Virus record (IMG/VR): IMGVR_UViG_2526164690_000043
Location: 1-13,417 of that record
DNA: 13,417 nt
Direction: 5' to 3' (one strand)
Source: a virus
Taxonomy: Duplodnaviria; Heunggongvirae; Uroviricota; Caudoviricetes
A program made the translations under genes and the position numbers. The notes beneath the pieces were generated by a model. The model saw only the letters and a list, made by a program, of their open reading frames with translations. It did not search any database and was not told where the DNA came from. The number at the start of each line of letters is the position of its first letter. Positions within the stretch are counted from its first letter, which is position 1. This document shows, piece after piece, positions 6,824-12,858 of this stretch.

Positions 6824-7234
6824 ATGACAGCACAAATTGCAGCTTACGGGCGCCTGGTGGACGACCCGCTGGTAAAACAGAGCAGCAAGGGCACACCGAT
6901 GACTCTGGCGCGTATGGCGGTATCGTTGCCATGCAGCCAGGCACATGACGGACAGGCGACGTTATGGTTATCGGTTATCGCATTTGGCAAACAGGCCGAT
7001 TTCCTGGCTAAACATCAAAAAGGCGATGTTGCCAGCGTATCCGGCACGATGCAGGTAAGCCAGTGGACCGGACAGAACGGGGAAACACGGCAGGGGTATC
7101 AGGTTATTGCAGACAGCGTAATCAGTGCCCGTGCGGCACGTCCTGGCGGGAACAGACGCAAAACCACAGGCACACAGGGTAATCAGCCACCAGCGGGAGG
7201 CGATGACCCTTACGGTGATGATATTCCGTTCTGA
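6824..7234 (+). CDS. ssb: Single-stranded DNA-binding protein
   Basis: 136 aa. The OB-fold N-terminus (GRLVDDPLVKQSSKGTPMTLARMAV..WLSVIAFGKQADFLAKHQKGDVASVSGTMQVSQW) is followed by a Gly/Pro/Gln-rich linker and the canonical acidic tip DDIPF at the C-terminus. Confidence 0.9.
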   Translation: MTAQIAAYGRLVDDPLVKQSSKGTPMTLARMAVSLPCSQAHDGQATLWLSVIAFGKQADFLAKHQKGDVASVSGTMQVSQWTGQNGETRQGYQVIADSVISARAARPGGNRRKTTGTQGNQPPAGGDDPYGDDIPF

Positions 7235-7246
7235 GGGGTGGGGACG

Positions 7247-7519
7247 ATGGTACATGACCGCATAGCGGAAGAGCTGGAGGCGAAAGGCTTTTACCGGAGA
7301 GCGTCGGCGCGATGGGGTGAAGTCATGCAGCTGGTGGAGACAGACAAGGAACGGCATCACATCACGATGCGACGGCTGGAATGTTGCAGGAAGGCACAGA
7401 GGCCACCGGAGCCACCGGATAATTACGGAGACCTGAAAAAGGCAGTCGATCGCACTTATGCCGAAATGGGGATAGATGGTGCTGGTGATGAAATATGGCG
7501 CAATTACCAGGACAGCTAA
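7247..7519 (+). CDS. PerC-family transcriptional regulator-like protein
   Basis: MVHDRIAEELEAKGFYRRASARWGEVM matches the PerC/Pch N-terminal signature (A..LE..G.[WY]RRA..RW.EVM). About 90 aa, as is typical. The track start is GTG 7238, but ATG 7247 is preferred. Confidence 0.6.
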   Translation: MVHDRIAEELEAKGFYRRASARWGEVMQLVETDKERHHITMRRLECCRKAQRPPEPPDNYGDLKKAVDRTYAEMGIDGAGDEIWRNYQDS

Positions 7520-7525
7520 TCACAC

Positions 7526-7549
7526 AGCCGGAGAAATCCGGCTTTTTTT
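7526..7549 (+). terminator. Rho-independent terminator T1
   Basis: AGCCGGA-GAAA-TCCGGCT followed by a T-run through 7549, starting 7 nt after the perC-like stop. Confidence 0.8.
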
Positions 7550-7644
7550 GCACCAGTTGAAACGGTATGGCGCATTACCGGGTTTTCGTCACGGTCTGGC
7601 ATAGTTACTATCTGAAACAAACAGACACAACAGAGGAAAAAACA

Positions 7645-7986
7645 ATGCCGATGAAATTTGATGAGATATTAAAACAGCGTGATAAATACCATGCTGACAA
7701 CATGGAGACGATGAGCATCAATGATTACCGCGCATTCCTGGAGACGGGCGCACTGATTGAAAAGGATCAGCATGGTTTTGTGAGATGTGCTCTATCCGGT
7801 GAAATGCTGGCGGTAAATCCTGAACAGATAGATGCATTGATAGAATTTCTGAAAGGGATCAGGACTGAGCACGCATACAGCCGGAGCAATCCGGTCTTTT
7901 TGTCATTTTTTGTAAATTATTTGTTCGTGGTTGTTCCACGTTGTTCACTGACAGGATCGGCATATTTTACCCGAACTGAATCATGA
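7645..7986 (+). CDS. Hypothetical protein; 3' end doubtful because the ORF reads through a terminator-like hairpin
   Basis: ATG at 7645 preceded by AGAGGA. MPMKFDEILKQRDKYHADNMETMSINDYRAFLETGALIEKDQHGFVRCALSGEMLAVNPEQIDALIEFLKG looks coding. The tail (..FLSFFVNYLFVVVPRCSL..) crosses hairpin T2 and repeat array B. One extra G in the G3 run at 7855-7857 would end the protein as ..FLKGDQD* just before T2. Confidence 0.45.
   Translation: MPMKFDEILKQRDKYHADNMETMSINDYRAFLETGALIEKDQHGFVRCALSGEMLAVNPEQIDALIEFLKGIRTEHAYSRSNPVFLSFFVNYLFVVVPRCSLTGSAYFTRTES
7879..7901 (+). terminator. Terminator-like hairpin T2, a near-copy of T1
   Basis: CAGCCGGAGCAATCCGGTCTTTTTG compared with T1 CAGCCGGAGAAATCCGGCTTTTTTTG. 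The stem is shorter (GCCGGA/TCCGGT with a G-U pair) and is followed by CTTTTTGTCATTTTTTG. Confidence 0.5.
7917..7950 (-). repeat. Array B: three 10-bp-phased GAACAA(C) boxes, inverted relative to array A
   Basis: On the + strand, TTGTTC sits at 7921-7926, 7931-7936 and 7941-7946. The minus strand reads GTGAACAACGTGGAACAACCACGAACAAATAA, the same unit and register as 1252-1313. Confidence 0.75.
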
Positions 7987-8022
7987 GTATTCTCGCCCGT
8001 GGTGCCAGGACGCTGGGGCCAC

Positions 8023-8070
8023 TTTCCCGCCTGTTAATGTGCTCGCCAATATTCATTACCAGGCGGGAAA
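8023..8070 (+). promoter_or_regulatory. Perfect 11-bp inverted repeat in the leader of the head operon
   Basis: TTTCCCGCCTG (8023-8033) and CAGGCGGGAAA (8060-8070) are separated by 26 nt. No T-tract follows on either strand, so this is an RNA stem-loop or a protein-binding palindrome rather than a terminator. Confidence 0.55.
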
Positions 8071-8123
8071 ACGATCGGTGCGATTGCTGATTTCCTTATG
8101 AAAAACGGTTGAGTGTTTGCCGC

Positions 8124-8160
8124 GTCCTGGAGTTCCTTACTTAACCCCAGGACTTTTTTT
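8124..8160 (+). terminator. Intrinsic terminator-like hairpin abutting the capsid start codon
   Basis: GTCCTGG (8124-8130) pairs with CCAGGAC (8147-8153), and 8132-8134/8143-8145 can extend the stem. T7 (8154-8160) follows, then ATG at 8161. The only SD-like element for the capsid gene (AGGA, 8149-8152) lies in the 3' arm of the stem. Confidence 0.65.
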
Positions 8161-9318
8161 ATGCCGAGAATAATCGAATTACGCCAGCAGAAAACCGCCA
8201 TTAAAAATCAGATGCGCGACATGCTGGAGAACGCGGAAAAAGAAAACCGCAGTCTTAACGATGCTGAGGGCGCAAAATTTGACGAATTACGCGCTAAAGC
8301 TGAATCCCTCGATAAAGACATTTCCCGCCTTGAAGCCATTGCAGACGAAGAGCGCAGCAAGCCAGGTAAAAGCAGTCAGACCACTGACCCCGCAGAACTA
8401 CGCAACTACATTCTGACAGGTGAAACCCGCGCATTAAGTACAGGCGTTCCCGCTGATGGTGGTTATACCGTTATCCCTGAACTGAACACCGAAATCATGC
8501 GAATGCTGGCGGATGAATCCACCATGCGCCGCATCTGTACCGTGAAGAAAATCAGCAGCAACGAGTTTAAGCAGCTTGTTTCCGCTGGCGGTGCGACCGT
8601 TAACCACGGTGAAGAGGGTAAGGCACGCGAACAGACCAGCCCCCCGCAGATTAACGAGGTGAGCATTAAGCTGTATCCGGTCTATGCGTACCCGCGCACC
8701 ACACAGGAAATCGTGGATTTTTCCGATGTGGACATCCTTTCATGGCTGACGGGTGAGATTGGCGACACCTTCACGGAAACCGAAGAAAGCGATCTGGTTG
8801 TGGGCGACGGTGACAAAAAAGCAAAAGGTTTTTTATCCGTACCCCGTGCAGAGAAGAACGACAAAGAGCGTGATTTTGGTACGTTGCAGGTAATTAAACC
8901 TTCCGAATCTCTGGCGTGGACATCTGCGGACCCGCTGATCGACCTGAAATTTGCATTACGTAAAAATAACCGCAAAAACGCGGTCTGGGTGGTTAACTCC
9001 ACGACGGCGGCAAAACTTCAGAAGGTGAAGAACGCGAACGGTGATTATATCTGGCGCGACCGTTTACAGGCGGGTGATCCTGATACGTTGCTGGGCCTTC
9101 CGGTCGAATATCTGGAGTTTATGCCTGATAACGTTATTGCCCTGGGTGACTTCAAACGCGGTTACTACATTGTTGATCACGAAACAGGTGTTCGCACCAG
9201 ACCGGACAACCTCACAGAGCCGGGCTTCATCAAAATTTTCACGCAGAAATATTTAGGCGGTGGCGTGGTGGATTCGAACGCGATCAAGATTCTGGAACTG
9301 CCACAGGACGACGATTAA
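8161..9318 (+). CDS. Major capsid protein, HK97 fold/family, with an N-terminal coiled-coil delta (scaffolding) domain
   Basis: 385 aa from the ATG at 8161 (the track ORF starts at GTG 8113, inside the leader). The N-terminus IELRQQKTAIKNQMRDMLENAEKENRSLNDAEGAKFDELRAKAESLDKDISRLEAIADEER is typical of HK97-family delta domains. The body carries family-like stretches such as GGYTVIPELNTEIMRML and ..NAVWVVNSTTAAKLQKVKNANGDYIWRD..LLGLPVEY. Confidence 0.92.
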   Translation: MPRIIELRQQKTAIKNQMRDMLENAEKENRSLNDAEGAKFDELRAKAESLDKDISRLEAIADEERSKPGKSSQTTDPAELRNYILTGETRALSTGVPADGGYTVIPELNTEIMRMLADESTMRRICTVKKISSNEFKQLVSAGGATVNHGEEGKAREQTSPPQINEVSIKLYPVYAYPRTTQEIVDFSDVDILSWLTGEIGDTFTETEESDLVVGDGDKKAKGFLSVPRAEKNDKERDFGTLQVIKPSESLAWTSADPLIDLKFALRKNNRKNAVWVVNSTTAAKLQKVKNANGDYIWRDRLQAGDPDTLLGLPVEYLEFMPDNVIALGDFKRGYYIVDHETGVRTRPDNLTEPGFIKIFTQKYLGGGVVDSNAIKILELPQDDD

Positions 9319-9328
9319 CAGCATACAG

Positions 9329-9348
9329 AAGGGGCTTAAAAGCCCCTT
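9329..9348 (+). other. Stem-loop between the capsid and protease genes
   Basis: AAGGGGCT-TAAA-AGCCCCTT, followed by TAGTGTTTTAT (a weak T-tract). It may act as a partial terminator or mRNA-stabilising hairpin that raises capsid output relative to downstream genes. Confidence 0.5.
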
Positions 9349-9380
9349 TAGTGTTTTATGGGTGAAAAATTATGAAGAGT

Positions 9381-9930
9381 ATGGAAATCCGGTCATACGG
9401 AAATCACCACCAGCGCCAGCAACACGCTGACAGGCTACGTTGTTCGCTGGGATAAGCTTTCAGAGCTGCTATGGGGGGAGTTTTACGAAAAATTCCAGCG
9501 GGGAGCGTTTACTGAATGGCTTGCGGCGGGTAATGACGTTCGCGGCCTGTATGAGCATGACCACAGCATGTTGCTGGGGCGTACCCGTTCCGGCACGCTG
9601 AAACTGGAAGAGGACGAAACAGGGTTACGCTTTGAACTGACCCCACCGGATACCAGCACAGGGCGGGACGTTATCGAACTGGTTAAACGTGGTGATATAT
9701 CCGGCATGAGCTTTGGCTTTCGTTCCCGTAAGGATGTATGGGATACCACAACAGATCCATGCGTGCGCACCGTGCTGGTTGCGGAACTGTACGAAATTAC
9801 CGTCACATCCGTACCGGCTTACCCTGATTCCGGCGTGGAGCTGGCCCGCCGCTCCCTGTACGAGCAGCACCCCGAAAAAATGCCGCGTGCGGATAATCGC
9901 CGCTGGTGGGCGGATTTAGCGGGGGTGTGA
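9381..9930 (+). CDS. Prohead (capsid maturation) serine protease, HK97 gp4 family, frameshifted near codon 7 as given
   Basis: ATG 9381 gives MEIRSYG, then runs out of frame to a stop at 9450-9452. The frame opening at 9400 reads EITTSASNTLTGYVVRWDKLSELLWGEFYEKFQRGAFTEWLAAGNDVRGLYEHDHSMLLGRTRSGTLKLEEDETGLRFEL..RGDISGMSFGF.., which carries the family His (EHDH) and Ser (GMSFGF) motifs. The track ORF 9568-9930 covers only the distal part. The junction is at GG 9399-9400. Confidence 0.85.
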
Positions 9931-9931
9931 T

Positions 9932-11146
9932 ATGTGGCCTTTTCAGAAGAAAAAAAAGAGCAGCGCTAGCATGACGCTTGATGAGTTTATGGCGCTGGCT
10001 GGCACATCGAACACGGGGGCGGGTGAGTACGTATCATCGGGGACAGCGGAATCACTGCCCGCCGTCATGAACGCCGTCACGGTCATCTCTGAGGCGGTGG
10101 CTACCATGCCGTGTTACCTGTACCTGGTACGCAATGAGAAGGGGAAGGAGGCCCGAGAGTGGCTTGATTCTCATCCGGTCGATCACATCCTCAACGAGCG
10201 CCCGAACGCATGGCAAACCCCCTACCAGTTTAAGCGAATGATGATCCGCCACTGCCTGTTAAACGGTAATGCTTATGCGGTGATTCAGTGGGGGCGTGAT
10301 GGTTTTCCGGTGGCTTTACATCCTTACCCGCCGCAGTCGGTGAACGTTGAGCAGACAGGTGAGCATAACTGGCGCTACTGCATCACTGACGCCTACACCG
10401 GAAACACCCGCAACTATTTACCGTGGGAGGTTCTCCACCTTCGTTACTCCACGGATGACGGTTTTATGGGGCGCTCACCTGTAACCATCTGCCGCGAATC
10501 GCTGGGGCTTGGGCTGGCCCAACAACGCCACGGCGCGAGCGTGATGCGTGATGGCATGATGGCGGCAGGGGTTATCACGTCAGGCGAATGGCTGGACGGC
10601 GTGAAGGGCAAACAGGCATTAGCCGCACTGGAACGCTACAAAGGGGCCAGAAACGCCGGAAAAACGCCCATCCTTGAAGGGGGTATGAGCTATCAGCAGC
10701 TGGGCATGAGTAATCAGGATGCTGAATGGCTGGCCTCCCGTCGCTTCACCATTGAAGACATCGCCCGAATGTTCAACGTCTCGCCGATTTTTCTGCAGGA
10801 ATACAGCAACAGCACCTATAGCAATTTCAGCGAGGCAAGCCGCGCATTTCTCACCATGACGATGCGCCCGTGGCTGGCGAACTTTGAGCAGCAGATAAAA
10901 AACGCCCTGCTGGTGGCCTCGCCTGTACCTGGTATCCGGTATCAGGTGGAGTTTGTACAGCGCGGACCTGTTACGGGCCACACCTGGCGAACGCTTTGCC
11001 ACCTATGAACGCGGCATCAAATCCGGCGTTATGTGCCCGAACGAAGCCCGCGAACGTGAAGGGCTGTCCCGCGTGATGGTGGTGATGAGTTCAGCCAGGC
11101 ATGGAAACAGGAAGTAAAAATCAGCGAGGGAGAAAAACCGGAATGA
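9932..11146 (+). CDS. Portal protein, HK97 family, with two compensating frameshifts in the 3' end as given
   Basis: ORF 9932-11008 (358 aa) has portal-like content (..HPVDHILNERPNAWQTPYQFKRMMIRHCLLNGNAYAVI.., ..FTIEDIARMFNVSPIFLQEY..). The conserved C-terminus is readable only by moving to another frame from ~10953 (LYSADLLRATPGERFATYERGIKSGVMCPNEAREREGLS) and back at ~11070 (..DGGDEFSQAWKQEVKISEGEKPE*, stop 11144-11146). That stop overlaps the next gene's ATG in an ATGA. Confidence 0.88.
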
Positions 11147-11481
11147 ACATAGGGCGACTGCGTGACAGGGTAACGATTCAGACCCTGAAACAGACCAGGG
11201 ATATAACCGGCGAAATACTCGAAACGTGGGTGGACGGTCACACACTCTGGGCAAGCGTGAACATGATCAGCAGCAAGGAGGCCATTTCATCGGGTGCAGA
11301 ACTGGCGACTGGAACGGTAAGGATATGGATACGCTACAGGAAGGACATCAACGCCACCAGCCGGATAAAGGTCAATACGGGGCCGCTGGCGGGGCGTGTA
11401 CTGAATATCATCGGGCAACCGCTGCCGGATGCCGCCAGGACACGCCTTGAAATTCTTTGTCGTGAGGGCGCGGAAAAATGA
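11143..11481 (+). CDS. Head-closure / head-tail joining protein (Phage_H_T_join, SPP1 gp16-like)
   Basis: MNIGRLRDRVTIQ...ETWVDGHTLWASVNMISSKEAISSG...VRIWIRYRKDINATSRIKV...LEILCRE matches the family pattern (L..RV.I......W......WA.v...s..E........i.IRYR.di....RI.....l.l.C.E). The track start at 11101 is replaced by ATG 11143, which is ATGA-coupled to the portal gene. Confidence 0.85.
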   Translation: MNIGRLRDRVTIQTLKQTRDITGEILETWVDGHTLWASVNMISSKEAISSGAELATGTVRIWIRYRKDINATSRIKVNTGPLAGRVLNIIGQPLPDAARTRLEILCREGAEK

Positions 11482-11774
11482 CAGAAGAACTTATCACCCT
11501 GGAAGAAGTGAAACTCCATTGCCGCATCGATGGCGACGAGGAAGACCAGTTAATCAGCGGATACATTGCCGCATCGCTTGAGGCGTGCCAGATACATATA
11601 GGCAGGCGCTTTGATGACGGGCTGGAGTTCACGCCGGCCATAAAGATTGGCTGCATGATGTTTATCGCTCACCTGTACGAGAATCGCCAGCTGGTAGCGG
11701 ATAACGCAAAAACACGCGTACCCATGACGATAGGCGCACTCTGGACGGCTTACCGTGATGTGGGGGTGTACTGA
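11478..11774 (+). CDS. gp6-like head-tail connector (adaptor) protein (Phage_connect_1)
   Basis: LITLEEVKLHCRIDGDEEDQLISGYIAASLEACQIHIGRRF....IAHLYENRQ matches the gp6-like signature (l.evK.hlRid.d.eD.li..li.aA......y.gr......lva.lYenR). ATGA-coupled upstream. Confidence 0.85.
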   Translation: MTEELITLEEVKLHCRIDGDEEDQLISGYIAASLEACQIHIGRRFDDGLEFTPAIKIGCMMFIAHLYENRQLVADNAKTRVPMTIGALWTAYRDVGVY

Positions 11775-12213
11775 TGCCGTGGCAACCATTAAGACGATGT
11801 ACAGAACCAGGCTGTAACAGGCGCGTTAAGTCCGGCAAGTGTGAGGAGCACAGGCGGGCGGCATGGCGTGCAGAGGATGCCAGACGAGGACACCGCCGCG
11901 CGCGTGGGTACTCCAGACAGTGGGAAAAATACCGCGCCATGTATCTGAGTAAAACCCGTTATGCGTGCGATGCCTTGAGAAGGGGATATATACGCCCGCC
12001 GTGGTGGTGGATCACATTATCCCGATTAATGGCGGTGATGATGTTCTCTTCTGGCCCGAATGGAACCATCAGCCATTGTGCCAGGCGTGTCATAACCAGA
12101 AAACGAAGTGGCTTGATCCGGCAACAAAAAGCAAGCGTGCCGCAGGTGGATTTCGTGAAGAGGAAGAACGGGCCGCTAACCGCAATAACTGGATGTATGA
12201 CGCTGATGAATGA
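11774..12213 (+). CDS. HNH endonuclease (HK97 gp74-like packaging accessory nuclease), frameshifted as given
   Basis: The N-terminal part (11774 onward) reads MPWQPLRRCTEPGCNRRVKSGKCEEHRR...RGYSRQWEKYRAMYLSK. The core, in the -1 frame (open from 11953; track ORF 11965-12213), reads NPLCVRCLEKGIYTPAVVVDHIIPINGGDDVLFWPEWNHQPLCQACHNQKT (H-N-H motif). The junction is the A4 run at 11951-11954, and A5 would fuse the two as ..YLSKNPLCVRC... Confidence 0.85.
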
Positions 12214-12379
12214 GCGGGAACAAAACCGCCTTATCCGTGGACTTATAAGGCAGCGTGACGCATGGAAGACACAGGAAACAGGGCATAAAGATAAAGCGTC
12301 AGGACGCGCAGAACGCATCACAGCGAAGCGATTAACCGACCGTGACCGCGAGGTTATGGAATGTTTCCGCAATCGCTGA
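12197..12379 (+). CDS. Possible small charged protein (57-60 aa) between HNH and the cos/terS region
   Basis: This is the distal part of track ORF 11774-12379, which becomes an independent ORF once the HNH frame is corrected. ATGs at 12197 and 12206 overlap the HNH stop. It reads NEREQNRLIRGLIRQRDAWKTQETGHKDKASGRAERITAKRLTDRDREVMECFRNR. No family recognised. Confidence 0.35.
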   Translation: MTLMNEREQNRLIRGLIRQRDAWKTQETGHKDKASGRAERITAKRLTDRDREVMECFRNR

Positions 12380-12501
12380 TGAGGCTGTATGACGGGGTGG
12401 GGGGCGTTTTCAGGACAAACCCGACCCCGCCGGGCACCGAACGCCTCCTCAAATTTTTATGCACGGGAATTTTTTGAAAAATAATCTGGCGAAAAATAAG
12501 C
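12380..12501. other. Candidate cos / terminase recognition region
   Basis: This is the only sizeable non-coding gap in the packaging module, and it lies just upstream of terS, as in HNH-dependent HK97-like cos phages. A G-rich block ACGGGGTGGGGGGCG (12392-12406) faces a C-rich block CCCGACCCCGCCGGG (12420-12434). Phased A/T tracts follow (AAATTTTTAT, AATTTTTTGAAAAATAAT; 12451-12485). Confidence 0.45.
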
Positions 12502-12858
12502 ATGGCAAGACCACCGAAAGCCCCCGCCTACCTGAATGACATCGCCGTGAAGCAGTGGCGGGAAAAATCGCGGCAGCTTGCGGAACGGGGAGACCTTACC
12601 CCCGCCGACTGGAGTAATCTGGAACTGTATTGCGTCAATTACTCGATATACCGGAAAGCCGTCGCAGACCTTGCGGCGCGCGGGTTCAGCATTGTTAACA
12701 GTCAGGGTGGCGAGAGCAGAAACCCCGCATTAAGCGCAAAATCCGACGCTGAAAGAGTGATGATAAAAATGGCCTCCTTGCTCGGTTTTGACCCGATAAG
12801 CCGCCGTAAAAATCCACCGGAAACAGAAGAAGAGGACGAGCTTGACCGCCTGGAATAA
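12502..12858 (+). CDS. terS: Terminase small subunit, P27 family
   Basis: PKAPAYLNDIAVKQWREKSRQLAERGDLTPADWSNLELYCVNYSIYRKAVADLAARGFSIVNSQGGESRNPALSAKSDAERVMIKMASLLGFDPISRRK follows the P27-family TerS pattern (P..L...a...W..l...l...g.l...D...l..yc......r.a...l...G.......g....nPa........l......efGltP.sR.k). Confidence 0.9.
   Translation: MARPPKAPAYLNDIAVKQWREKSRQLAERGDLTPADWSNLELYCVNYSIYRKAVADLAARGFSIVNSQGGESRNPALSAKSDAERVMIKMASLLGFDPISRRKNPPETEEEDELDRLE

Noticed and set aside
8078-8086. A fourth copy of the switch operator core (GTGCGATT) in the late leader
   Set aside because: An 8-mer is expected about 0.4 times by chance in 2 x 13.4 kb, and this copy lacks the palindromic flank. It is suggestive by position only, so it is not claimed as an operator.
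9381-11146. Programmed ribosomal frameshifting as the explanation for the protease and portal frame changes
   Set aside because: No X_XXY_YYZ slippery heptamer or downstream stimulatory structure is evident at the junctions. The portal would need two opposite shifts 115 nt apart. Head protease and portal genes are not known to use recoding. Run-length error or mutation is simpler.
2135-11954. The short homopolymer tracts as phase-variation (contingency) switches
   Set aside because: The runs are only 2-7 nt, far shorter than typical slipped-strand contingency tracts. They hit unrelated essential morphogenesis genes rather than a surface or regulatory locus.
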